Positions 1 through 12,792 of a stretch of DNA of 64,000 nt are shown piece by piece. Position numbers and translations under genes: made by a program. Origin of the DNA: Lingula anatina (Eukaryota; Animalia; Brachiopoda); contig CM120647.1 in the NCBI GenBank assembly GCA_051362555.1, forward strand, positions 13,616,651 through 13,680,650, read 5' to 3'. Within the stretch, counting starts at the first letter, position 1; the number at the start of each line of letters is the position of its first letter. A model generated the notes under the pieces. That model searched no databases and was not told the DNA's origin. It was given only the letters and a program-made list of their open reading frames with translations.

Positions 1-3000
1 CGACTTGTTTTAGATCACTCAAGAAAGGATGCATACGTGCGACACCAGAGGAAAAACAATCAAGTATGCGTCTGATCCATTAATAGTAATTGCACAGTGC
101 ATGTTACTAGACCTTTGTCCTAACTCAGTAGTTAGGAATAGGATGTTTGGATAAAAAGCTTCTATTCAACTCGCTTAGACCTAGGGCGTGATGCTATCAT
201 CCGATGAAACACGTAACTGAACCCTCTACCTGAACCTGAAGTCCCTTTATCTGAAACAAAAACTGCCCCTTGAACATGTCCATTTTTTAATCGTCAAATG
301 ATTTGTGATTTCATTGAACGTCTTTGATCGAAAGCTTTCAAGTGACAATAACCGAACCATGTGTTGATTATTTATTAAAGCGTAATTAAGTTTATTCAAC
401 ATGATCTATTTTGTAAACGATATTTGCCAAGATTGAGCTTGGATTGATCGCCGTCACTATTTAGCTACTCGCCTATAATGCGTGCTGAACGACAGACAAC
501 TTAAAAATATTATCTGTGTAACTGTGCAAATGAACGCATTTAGTTAAAATATAACAAAGCCGGCATTTAATCCATCGAACATATTTATATTTGTTCTTTT
601 TAAACCAGTGTAAGGTTAACGCCAAATCAAAGCAACCCTTGCAGACTGGTTTTGTTTAAACTGTCGTGCATCAAGTAAAGCTAAGTAAAGCCTGTTTCTA
701 CTTCGCAGTGTTCATCCCAGCCATAAAACTGCATGAAGGATAACAAGACTCCGTAGACCTGTGCTTCGATCAGGTTTCCAGGAGTCCCGTGTAACACAAT
801 AATATCGAAGGCCTGAGAGTAATACATATATGAGGCCGTGTATGAAAGATTTAACAAATTAGAAATTCAAGAATTTAAACATGCTAGGTACATGCACATC
901 ACTTAATAAGTCATTTCACAAAAATCGCATCTAATTGTTTAGATTAACCTTCACTTTTATCGATCTCATCCCATTGTCTCAACCACCTAAAAGAAATATA
1001 GAGAACATGAGGAAAAGTAACACGTTTACATGCAGGCGAAGGAGTTATACTTCAATATTAATCGCGAACAATATCAACAGCGACTAAAGACCGTTGCCTG
1101 TCTTTCACACTTTTACACAAACACACGAAGGTTTAATAAAGGGAGTCGCGGCGCGATATCTATCTCTTTCATTCGAACAAGCAAAGGGCTGACCCGAAGT
1201 AAGCTTTCTATACTAATGTCCTTTTTATTGTGTATTGTAATTACTCTACTTGCTCGCCTCCATTGTCTTGTAAAAGTGACAAAGAATGTGTTGTATTCAC
1301 ACACGAGATGAAAGAACTCCTTTACCTTAAGTTGCATAATGTCTTTCTCAAGGTTATAATCGGTGTGAAGAGGGTGTCTTGCCTCATTTAAAAAGGGTGT
1401 TGTTCTTCATACTGGTTGTTGCTTAACTTATGCTAATCTTAAACTTTTATGTACCAATATGGTTTTAATAAATCGCTAAAATTATTAATTTAATGAACAT
1501 TGTGTATCAAACGTTTTGATACGATTTAAATAAATGGACGAGGAGGATTACGGTATTAGGTTCTATTTACCTCTGGCTTTAACTTCGCCCTGCTATATAA
1601 ATGAACAAATGTTGCAGATCGTAACAAAAAACTTTCTTATAGTGTTTTATGACATATATGATTTACACATTTGATAGTGAAACACTCCTCGACTTTAACG
1701 AATCACCTAACGTAAACTCTCTACCCGCGCTCCCCGAATAAAAATGTTTCTTTTAATTTTGAAATGAATTGCTTTTAAGGCAAAGAAGTCCATTAAACCC
1801 TTTAGTCTCAATATCATTGTACAGCATGTTGTAATCGATATTTAAAAAAGTTAATTTTTGTACTCCGCTTTCATCGAGGATACCTCAAGTTGAGGTTACA
1901 ATTACGTCGCTCGCCTATGCTACTGGAATATATATTTAAGGACAAATTAAGCTTTGTAAAGTCCCTATTGTCACACACCATAGATACTTTATTTTGTCTT
2001 GAATGAAAAAATAGCCTCAAATTATCGTTTTGTGCTTAAACCTTTCATTACTTGAACAAAGATCTGTACTATAGCTACCAAGACGTACATGCATCAAGTT
2101 GGGTCTGCTGGGGGAGGGGAGCATTTAAATGATAAACGAGGAAGTCTACCTGCAAAAGCAGCAGTAGTGGTTTAAATAATCGCTATCTAGACTCCTTTTT
2201 CTTTGACAGCAACATAAAAAGTGTTTAGGGAGAAAGTCACACAAAGACCCGACGTTGTTTTGTCTTCAGCATTTCCTCTTCCTTGTTATCTGCAATTACT
2301 ATCGTCAATTAATGAAATCGAGAAAGCAATTAAGTGACGGCACATTGAATATAGTCACTAGGTGCATTTCGCTGAGTGTTTACAAGATCTAGCGACACAT
2401 TTTATCGCCACGCGTTCTAGTTTGATTAGTTTAGAAAATTAAACAGTTACTCTGTCGGCTCTCTGTCATTGCTATGAATCTGACATCGAATTTAGTCCAA
2501 AATATTAGTAAATTCAGAATTATTAGCTAAAACGTAAATTGCCTTAATTTGTCAGATAATCAAAAATGCCGGTGATCCACGCGGAGGGTACGCTTTCCTG
2601 AAGGTAGCGGCGACGAACGGCGACGATATTTTTCTGAATAGTGAACCTTTATTAGTTACGAAAAGCCCCCTTTTCAACAGGCGCGTTTTATTAATTACTT
2701 CATGTCACAAAGTTAATTTATACAGGCAAAACTTTATTTTAAGGAAATAGTTTCACGAAATGAACGAGAGTAAAATATTAGTCGGCACAAATATAAGGCA
2801 TACAACAATGAGTCATGTTATGGATCATGTTATGGGCCATGTCGGATTATAATGGCATACCTTGATGCAAAACAGTCTATCGTTTCTTCCACCGCGAGTC
2901 CCTTTATTTAATGTAATGTATTACTCATTACCCGTTTCATTTGACACTCTCTCTTTTTATCTCCCTTCCCCTTTCTCTTGTTAGAAGGAGGGTACATAAT

Positions 3001-4372
3001 TATAAGCACTCAAAATCTGCACCACCAATCTTCAGAAAAACAGAAGTCAACGAACCAGTGGGCTGATCCACAACATCTGACACAGCAGAATCAGGCCTTC
3101 CCAACTACCAGACTCGGCACCTACGGGTCCAGTATAAACCGGTTTATCAGACCACACTACCCGTTTTCAAGGTGTGTGTCAGATCGCATTACAGAGTATC
3201 AGCCACCACACCGATTTTGCCAGGTGCGCGATGTGATAGCAATGATCCTAAGCGGGGTTGGAAAGTAGTGCATCTCATCTAGATTCATGCGCTGCTGCAA
3301 TTTTCTGTTTATGCTCAAATCTGACAGTACCGCAATTTTTAACATAAAATTTAGGTTCGGACATAGCCATTGATGTTTTGTAAATAAGAACTTGCAAACT
3401 TATATATTAATTTAGAAAAGTATACCTAATTTTGATAGCAGAAGCATATTCTGTCGGGGGTTAAATATTCTTGTGACTACCGGGATGGACGAGATTGAGG
3501 GCAGGGGTAATCCTAGAGAGGGGTGAGAAACGTCCATTGTTCTCGTCAGCGAGGCTGTCCTTTTTCAGGGTTTGTACGCACGGACAGAAAACTTAAGTAT
3601 TGTGGGAACGTTACTAATGAAGCCACTGGTAGTACTAGTAGATATCAGCCTGTAGTCTTGAACAAGCGCCTCGATGACGAGTGAACAGTTTTCAAAAACA
3701 AAAGACCCAGGTGTGGTAGTTCAACTACTGTTGATGCGTGCCGCAACGACCAAACCTAATTGCTCCTCAAGGTCACAAAACAATAACCGGTACTGACGGC
3801 TAGGCTCGTCTTAATCATATAAGTAGCGCGTTTCCACCCCCTGATTGAGGGAGTCGTCTGTTGTATTCATGCGACTCCTACTTGACGAAAACGAGGCGCG
3901 ATACCCGGATGACAGGTAGGCTTACAGAATTTGTGGTAGGGTATGATACTCTTTTATGCGATCTGACACACACCTTGAAAACGGGTAGTGTGGTCAGATA
4001 TACCGGTTTATTCTGGACCCGTAGGTGCCGAGTCTGGTAGTTGGGAAGGCCTGAGAATGAATCAAATAACAGCTAGCACAAATTTATATGCAGTTAGCTA
4101 TAGTGTCACTACATACATAATCAGCTGCACGCGCGAAGCTGTTGAAGAAAAGGATAGTTCGCTACGGGAGACCGTTTGTTTACATAAGTACTCTAAGGGG
4201 GCGTGGCTACCCAGGCGACCAAGGGATTAGGCTAGTTACTATATGCCGTCAACAATCGTTTAGCGACCCTATCATTATACACTCTCTCTATTGTATTTTC
4301 CACCGCATTAATCGCAGTGTAATCTTCAAATGGTCCACGGGGTAAATGTACACATTCTTAATCCGAGTACGG
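1..4372 (+). mobile_element. Element X copy 1 (subfamily X1), TA-flanked non-autonomous DNA transposon-like element; left end lies upstream of the window
   Basis: Reverse complement of 5044-10260 apart from private insertions. Ends ...TTAATCCGAGTACGG|TA (TA at 4373-4374). Homologous to 13927-19557 and 20646-25791. Confidence 0.85.
3092..4053. mobile_element. 962-bp MITE-like element with ~110-bp TIRs and 5-bp TSD (hAT-like CAG termini)
   Basis: Starts CAGGCCTTCCCAACTACCAGACTCGGCACC and ends with its reverse complement. TSD AGAAT at 3087-3091 and 4054-4058. X copy 2 has the empty site with one AGAAT (near 5360). Confidence 0.9.
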
Positions 4373-4423
4373 TAGGTGTTCTGCAAAACAACAGTTAACA
4401 CCCACTGACTTAAACTGACATCT

Positions 4424-5041
4424 CTACGAGGCACAATTTTCTAGCATCTCTGCGCAGCTAACCCTCTTTAACATCACTTGTCGAAAATGACCAAACCTGT
4501 CTGGAAAAACCTGCTGAACCTTGGGCCAGCAACCACGCGGTGCTATTTCGTTAATTATGAGTACTAAATCACCAACTTGCAGATTCCTTTTTGGACGCAG
4601 CCACTTCTGTCTCCCCTGCATTGTAGGGAGGTACTCCTTAAGCCAGCGATCCCAGAACTGATCTGCTAGCTGCTGTGCTCTTATTTTTTTCACTTCAGTG
4701 AGTACTGCCATCAGAGTCTCATCATCTACTAGTCGATTTCCTAGGATAAAACGCAATATATTCCTGATTGATCTAATAATTCCCAAACACCACCTGTATG
4801 AATAGCAGATGGAGCATTTAAGGATCACTGAATATCATTCTGACGAAGATTATCTTCAATTCTGACACAGTCCCACTGCTGCATGAGATAGAAAGTACTA
4901 AGTCTTGTTGAAAACGTCGTTTTAGCAGATTAATCTGCTTCTTGGTCCTTGACAAATTATTGGACAAACATGGCTGGTCATATTTTCAAGGCAAACCAAT
5001 CTAGTAGTAGCCATCAATAAACACCACAGATCTGTCCATGA
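4424..5041 (-). pseudogene. BEL/Pao LTR-retrotransposon pol remnant (start of RT region joined to integrase C-terminus)
   Basis: RAQQLADQFWDRWLKEYLPTMQGRQKWLRPKRNLQVGDLVLI is a typical BEL/Pao integrase C-terminal segment. Frameshifted LNAPSAIHTGGVWELL-IRSIRNIL. Near 5040, IMDRSVVFIDGYY*IGLP continues the frame from 11250. Confidence 0.85.
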
Positions 5042-6511
5042 TACCGTACTCGGATTAAGAATGTGTACATTTACCCCGTGGACCATTTGAAGATTACACT
5101 GCGATTAATGCGGTGGAAAATACAATAGAGAGAGTGTATAATGATAGGGTCGCTAAACGATTGTTGACGGCATATAGTAACTAGCCTAATCCCTTGGTCG
5201 CCTGGGTAGCCACGCCCCCTTAGAGTACTTATGTAAACAAACGGTCTCCCGTAGCGAACTATCCTTTTCTTCAACAGCTTCGCGCGTGCAGCTGATTATG
5301 TATGTAGAGACACTATAGCTAACTGCATATAAATTTGTGCTAGCTGTTATTTGATTCATTCTGCTGTGTCAGATGTTGTGGATCAGCCCACTCGTTCGTT
5401 GACTTCTGTTTTTCTGAGGATTGGTGGTGCAGATTTTGAGTGCTTAATTATGTACCCTCCTTCTAACAAGAGAAAGGGGAAGGGAGATAAAAAGAGAGAG
5501 TGTCAAATGAAACGGGTAATGAGTAATACATTACATTAAATAAAGGGACTCGCGGTGGAAGAAACGATAGACTGTTTTGCATCAAGGTATGCCATTATAA
5601 TCCGACATGGCCCATAACATGATCCATAACATGACTCATTGTTGTATGCCTTATATTTGTGCCGACTAATATTTTACTCTCGTTCATTTCGTGAAACTAT
5701 TTCCTTAAAATAAAGTTTTGCCTGTATAAATTAACTTTGTGACATGAAGTAATTAATAAAACGCGCCTGTTGAAAAGGGGGCTTTTCGTAACTAATAAAG
5801 GTTCACTATTCAGAAAAATATCGTCGCCGTTCGTCGCCGCTACCTTCAGGAAAGCGTACCCTCCGCGTGGATCACCGGCATTTTTGATTATCTGACAAAT
5901 TAGGGCAATTTACGTTTTAGCTAATAATTCTGAATTTACTAATATTTTGGACTAAATTCGATGTCAGATTCATAGCAATGACGGAGAGCCGACAGAGTAA
6001 CTGTTTAATTTTCTAAACTAATCAAACTAGAACGCGTGGCGATAAAATGTGTCGCTAGATCTTGTAAACACTCAGCGAAATGCACCTAGTGACTATATTC
6101 AATGTGCCGTCACTTAATTGCTTTCTCGATTTCATTAATTGACGATAGTAATTGCAGATAACAAGGAAGAGGAAATGCTGAAGACAAAACAACGTCGGGT
6201 CTTTGTGTGACTTTCTCCCTAAACACTTTTTATGTTGCTGTCAAAGAAAAAGGAGTCTAGATAGCGATTATTTAAACCACTGCTGCTGCTTTTGCAGGTA
6301 GACTTCCTCGTTTATCATTTAAATGCTCCCCTCCCCCAGCAGACCCAACTTGATGCATGTACGTCTTGGTAGCTATAGTACAGATCTTGGTTCAAGTAAT
6401 GAAAGGTTTAAGCACAAAACGATAATTTGAGGCTATTTTTTCATTCAAGACAAAATAAAGTATCTATGGTGTGTGACAATAGGGACTTTACAAAGCTTAA
6501 TTTGTCCTTAA

Positions 6512-7445
6512 GGTAGATCGGTCGTTACGTAATTTGACGATTTGCGCAATTTCAGCGCATCGTCAATCGTCTCTAACGACACTTCAGTCTGTTTTATTAA
6601 TTTAAGGAAATAAAACAACTATCTATAAGATAAACACACATTATCAACTTGTCTGTAACTCTGTATGATCGATACAGATTTTCGACAACGTTTGTCGACT
6701 ATGATTCCATACGACAACTGTAGCACGTTCATAGACTTGCCCTTCAAGAAATCGTCGGAATAGCTCCTTTTCCAATTTGAATTGGCACTAGAAAATGTAT
6801 GACAGCTAAAGCTCACAAATTATGCACGTAGGTGCTATGTCATGTAAAGAATAAGTGTTGTAAATTCCAATCAAAGCGGCTGCGTACATTTTGAGGTAGA
6901 ACGCCCTGAATGTGCTGCTGTAGTTTTTAGATTTCGACGAAAATCGGAAGTGCGTCGTAACGCCACTCATTTGGACTTACAGAAATTTGGACTGAGAAAT
7001 ATTTCGTAGCTTATACAAATGTTCAGAAAATGGCCATAGGGTCTACAGCTTGAAGAAAATCCACTAATCAAAATTGAAACTGCGTTATATTATACAGAAA
7101 AATTGTGCACTTCTGACCTTGACTCGTCAGTGTAAACAAAGTGTACTGAACGCACCGCAAGCAAGCACGTGAATGCCGCATTTGATACTTTGTATCAGAC
7201 GCTTCATTTTACTTGACAACACAGTGTTTACGATGTCACGTTCATGTTATATTCATTAATAAATAACAACGGCAATAAACTATTTTCATATGCATGAGTA
7301 TTTTCCTTATTATTCTCTTCAATAATTTTGTTGTAAAGTTAATGGCTTACACCTTCTCATCAGTTTGACAAATCTGAAAATAGCTGAGTATACTCACTTC
7401 AACTGTTAAACATAATGAAAGTTTTAAATGTACTTAGATGTCTCT

Positions 7446-7479
<34 letters not shown>

Positions 7480-8325
7480 TCATAAAAAATAACGATTTAG
7501 TGAAAAACACCCATTTCCCATTGATTTGAATGGGGACTTCCGACTAGTGCGTCACGCAGGGTGTAACGCACTTCAACTTGGCGTAGTTCTCTTATTTGGT
7601 CGGTGACCCCCAACTTTTTTGGCAAAATTAAAATCTACTTGGATGCCTCTTTACACAAAAAAGTTTTTTTTTTAATTCAAACGTTAGAAAAATCATAAAA
7701 AATAACGTTTTGGTGAAAAACACCCATTTCCCCATTGATTTGAATGGGGACTAGTGCGTCACGCAGGGTGTAGCGCACTTCAACTTGGCGTAGTTCTCTT
7801 ATTTGGTCGGTGACCCCCAATTTTTTTGGTAAAATTTAAATGTACTTGGAGGCCTCTTTACACAAAAATTTTTTTTAAAAAATTCGAACGTCAGAAAGTC
7901 ATAAAAAATAATGCTTTAGTGAGAAAACACCCATTTTCCCATTGATTTGAATGGGGATTAGTGCGTCACGCAGGGTGTAATGCACTTCAACTTGGCGTAG
8001 TTCTCTTATTTGGTCGGTGACCCCCAACTTTTTTGGAAAAATTTAAATGTACTTGGATGCCTCTTTACACAAAAAATTTTTTAAAAAAATTCGAACGTTA
8101 GAAAATCATAAAAAATAATGCTTTAGTGAAAAAATACCCATTTTCCCATTGATTTGAATGGGGACTAGTGCGATATGCAGGGTGTAACATATTTGGGTGT
8201 AGTTCTCTTATTTGGTCGGTGACCCCCAATTTTTTTTGCAAATTTTTAATGTACTTGGGTGTCTCTTCAAACAAAAATTTTTTTTAAAAAATTCGAACGT
8301 TGGAACATGTAACGACCGATCTACC
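6512..8325. mobile_element. 1.8-kb non-autonomous Kolobok-like DNA transposon (TTAA TSD, 17-bp TIR)
   Basis: TTAA at 6508-6511 and 8326-8329. Perfect TIR GGTAGATCGGTCGTTAC. X copy 1 has the empty site with one TTAA (near 1936). Purine-purine termini with TTAA fit Kolobok rather than piggyBac (CCC/CAC). Confidence 0.85.
7476..8302. repeat. Four tandem ~207-bp units inside the Kolobok-like element
   Basis: Unit TCATAAAAAATAA...CACCCATTTCCCATTGATTTGAATGGGGA...GGTCGGTGACCCCCAA recurs near 7480, 7690, 7897 and 8105. Confidence 0.9.
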
Positions 8326-11249
8326 TTAAATATATATTCCAGTAGCATAGGCGAGCGACGTAATTGTAACCTCAACTTGAGGTATCCTCGATGAAAGCGG
8401 AGTACAAAAATTAACTTTTTTAAATATCGATTACAACATGCTGTACAATGATATTGAGACTAAAGGGTTTAATGGACTTCTTTGCCTTAAAAGCAATTCA
8501 TTTCAAAATTAAAAGAAACAGTTTTTTTCGGGGAGCGCGGGTAGACAGTTTACGTTAGGTGATTCGTTAAAGTCGAGGAGTGTTTTACTATCAAATGTGT
8601 AAATCATATATGTCATAAAACACTATAAGAAAGTTTTTTGTTACGATCTGCAACATTTGTTCATTTATATAGCAGGGCGAAGTTAAAGCCAGAGGTAAAT
8701 AGAACCTAATACCGTAATCCTCCTCGTCCATTTATTTAAATCGTATCAAAACGTTTGATACACAATGTTCATTAAATTAATAATTTTAGCGATTTATTAA
8801 AACCATATTGGTACATAAAAGTTTAAGATTAGCATAAGTTAAGCAACAACCAGTATGAAGAACAACACCCTTTTTAAATGAGGCAAGACACCCTCTTCAC
8901 ACTGATTATAACCTTGAGAAAGACATTATGCAACTTAAGGTAAAGGAGTTCTTTCATCTCGTGTGTGAATACAACTCATTCTTTGTCACTTTTACAAGAC
9001 AATGGAGGCGAGCAAGTAGAGTAATTACAATACACAATAAAAAGGACATTAGTATAGAAAGCTTACTTCGGGTCAGCCCTTTGCTTGTTCGAATGAAAGA
9101 GATAGATATCGCGCCGCGACTCCCTTTATTAAACCTTCGTGTGTTTGTGTAAAAGTGTGAAAGACAGGCAACGGTCTTTAGTCGCTGTTGATATTGTTCG
9201 CGATTAATATTGAAGTATAACTCCTTCGCCTGCATGTAAACGTGTTACTTTTCCTCATGTTCTCTATATTTCTTTTAGGTGGTTGAGACAATGGGATGAG
9301 ATCGATAAAAGTGAAGGTTAATCTAAACAATTAGATGCGATTTTTGTGAAATGACTTATTAAGTGATGTGCATGTACCTAGCATGTTTAAATTCTTGAAT
9401 TTCTAATTTGTTAAATCTTTCATACACGGCCTCATATATGTATTACTCTCAGGCCTTCGATATTATTGTGTTACACGGGACTCCTGGAAACCTGAAGCAC
9501 AGGTCTACGGAGTCTTGTTATCCTTCATGCAGTTTTATGGCTGGGATGAACACTGCGAAGTAGAAACAGGCTTTACTTAGCTTTACTTGATGCACGACAG
9601 TTTAAACAAAACCAGTCTGCAAGGCTTGCTTTGATTTGGCGTTAACCTTACACTGGTTTAAAAAGAACAAATATAAATATGTTCGATGGATTAAATGCCG
9701 GCTTTGTTATATTTTAACTAAATGCGTTCATTTGCACAGTTACACAGATAATATTTTTAAGTTGTCTGTCGTTCAGCACGCATTATAGGCGAGTAGCTAA
9801 ATAGTGACGGTGATCAATCCAAGCTCAATCTTGGCAAGTATCGTTTACAAAATAGATCATGTTGAATAAACTTAATTACGCTTTAATAAATAATCAACAC
9901 ATGGTTCGGTTATTGTCACTTGAAAGCTTTCGATCAAAGACGTTCAATGAAATCACAAATCATTTGACGATTAAAAAATGGACATGTTCAAGGGGCAGTT
10001 TTTGTTTCAGATAAAGGGACTTCAGGTTCAGGTAGAGGGTTCAGTTACGTGTTTCATCGGATGATAGCATCACGCCCTAGGTCTAAGCGAGTTGAATAGA
10101 AGCTTTTTATCCAAACATCCTATTCCTAACTACTGAGTTAGGACAAAGGTCTAGTAACATGCACTGTGCAATTACTATTAATGGATCAGACGCATACTTG
10201 ATTGTTTTTCCTCTGGTGTCGCACGTATGCATCCTTTCTTGAGTGATCTAAAACAAGTCGCTAGTGTACCATGTTTCTCACTGTAGCAAAATACGTTCGA
10301 CCTGTGTTTCTGAACGGCAGCCGGAGACACAGTAATTGTATGGGCATGCTTTAAGCTTGTTCGAGAGACAATAACAGTCGGGTTTAACAATAGATAGCGA
10401 CCATAGTAAGACCCCCTCCTATTTAACTGATGATTTACACTTTTAATTGACCGTACTTTCGTATATTGTATGATCATACAGTCAGACTTCCCCCTGTTGC
10501 ACGTTGTAGTTGGATTGTCATTGCGCCTATGTCAATGCACCTCATTTAATTTCAATATTATAATATAAGCATAATATAAGTAATATGTTATTTCCTTATT
10601 TCTCTTTCATTATCATTCATGTTTTATAAATACTTGAACGCTTGAATGCAGATATTTCAAATTAAAACGTAAGTACATAAATAAATTATACATTTATAAA
10701 TTAATGCAATAGGAATTTTTTGAGACAGATTGATGCTGACGCTCATGCATTTCAACCAAACAAACAATAATTAGTTCAATTTTTGACTGCGGAAATTTCA
10801 TATAGGATGAAATAACTGATAACAAATTTAACTAGCAGTTTGTTAGCAACACTAATAAACCAGCTGCGCGTGCCAAACTAGTGGACAAAAGGACAGTTCG
10901 CTTCGCGTGGCACGCCTTAGCATGGGTTTAGCCTCTTCAAGCTATAATCCTATCGCCGCAACAAACAATAGGGACCTTCTGGCTGATGTATCCTGCTGTT
11001 AATTACACCTAGTTACAGCGGATTGTCACGCTCGCGCTGGGCCACAGAAACCGGCGTCATGGGGTTCACTCGTATTAAGTATTGTGTTATTCCACCTAAG
11101 CTATTGTGTTTGTGCGTTCGAATTTTGAAGGGATTTATACGGCCCTCCATTGTTTGTCCGCCCCCTTCTATTCACAAGATAGGGATTAAAACATTTCGAA
11201 CGTGGTTACACCGGTGTACAACGGAAACAAAATTATTCCGACCACTGTA

Positions 11250-12792
11250 TATCTTGCAGGTCTATCTTCCATGGAGACACTATCTTTAACATCTGCTATG
11301 TTATCACTAAGCTCAATCATCCACTTTTGTTCGAGATTTGCAGACACAAATTCCATGCACTCTATTGGGGTGCTGCAATTCACTGTTTGATCTAAGTGGA
11401 TTAAATTGGCAGAAACTGTCTTGGTTTTAGTCCCGTTTTCACAGACGGGCCCCATAATGGTCTGACCTAAGATCGTTTTAATGCCAACTAGCGGTTGTCT
11501 CTTTCCACTTCGCTCATCAGTTTACCATTGCACTTCTGGGACATCACAGCCGATGAGTAATATCTCAACCTTCTTATCTTCTAACTCTTGCATGTTGATA
11601 TCTTTCAAGTGTGGCCATCATTAATTTGAGCTTAGCTTTTTAAGTTCAAGTTGCTCTTTCCTTCCATATATGGTCTTCGCAGCATTAACAGTGGTCAACT
11701 TGTGATCGACTGGCTCCCCCCTCAATTCCCAAACTTTCAGCTAGGCTCGTTAAACACATACTAGTGTCCGAGCCACTATCGAGAAATGCGTATGTGCTGA
11801 TTTCCTGTCCAGAATCTTGAATACAAACTCTCATGGAAAGATTGGAAGAACAGTTATACGTTGTTGGTGGCATTTCCCAAAGTTTACTGATGACTTCACG
11901 GCACCTGCAGGAGGGGCATACATGTATGTGTTGACATCTTTGGAATGAGAGTGCACATCTGAAAGACTCTGACTTGCACTTGGACTCCGATGCATTGCTG
12001 TGTAGTGTCGTCGGCCACAACCTCAACTATACACATTCTTTTGCAAAGTGCGGTGGGTTTGCAGACAGAGATTACATAGTTTGTGCTTACGTGTGGATTC
12101 CCCCCTCTCTTCATGGGGAATCTTTGAGAATCAGAAACAGCGTGTGAGATTATGTTTGTTTCTACCACAAAATAAACAACCTTTGGTATCCTGTTTTGAC
12201 TGTGTTGTTGTTGTGGCTAATGCTGTAACATTTTATGCAACAGCTGGTGATGCCTTTTGTCTGGCGTTGCTAGGTTTCTCTGGTCTGGCTCCAATTAACA
12301 CCCCATAACTTGAAACAAACTAGGTTTGATTATGATAAACAGTTACTGTTGGCAACAATGGGACACTAACATTGTTTGAATCAAATTTATTTGCATGATG
12401 TCATTCTAAAATTTTGTCCCACTTTCTTCCTCCCACAGCCTTGCCTCCAATTGGACAATCAACTTTGCTTTAAGTAGGTTACATTGACTTTCACTCTGTT
12501 GTCTTTAGTGTTTGAATTCTTGTTCACCCTCATGTCTTTTGCGCACTTGTTCTATTCCTGTTCATAGATCATTTGTTTATGCTTCATGTGCTCTTCTATA
12601 AAGAGTTGTTTGAATTTTAGTCTGGTAACCTCGGCTTTCAACTTTGACTCTTTCATCTTCTCGCTGACTCGACTACTGGCTTTAGACAACCTTGAGGATC
12701 TGGAGCTGCCTGTGTGTGACCGGTCTGTTAAATGACGCTGTCTATGACGATATTCACGCCATTCTAAAAGTATTTGGTCAAATTCAATTTTA
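11250..12792 (-). pseudogene. BEL/Pao gag-protease remnant
   Basis: Aspartic protease motif ISTYAFLDSGSDTSMC. Degenerate BEL-type zinc knuckles (KHNLTRCF...KHKLCNLCLQTH...GCGRRH). Ser-rich coiled-coil gag N-terminus (SSRSSRLSKASSRVSEKMKESKLKAE). SMEDR motif. Many stops and frameshifts. Confidence 0.82.

Larger units (their letters stand above)
5044..11247 (-). mobile_element. Element X copy 2 (subfamily X1), complete, inverted relative to copy 1
   Basis: TA at 5042-5043 and 11248-11249. Removing it and one TA restores the BEL/Pao frame SMEDRPARY-IMDRSVVFIDG. Termini read inward: CAGTGGTCGGAATAAT and CCGTACTCGGATTAAG. Confidence 0.88.

Noticed and set aside
1030-1337. Short ORFs 1030-1311 and 1113-1337, mirrored at 8928-9235
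   Set aside because: They recur only because of the inverted repeat. The frames are broken in X2 copies and show no recognisable domain, so they are not called as genes.
7476-8302. Regularly spaced repeats resembling a CRISPR array
   Set aside because: Whole units repeat with no unique spacers, there are no cas genes, and the context is eukaryotic.
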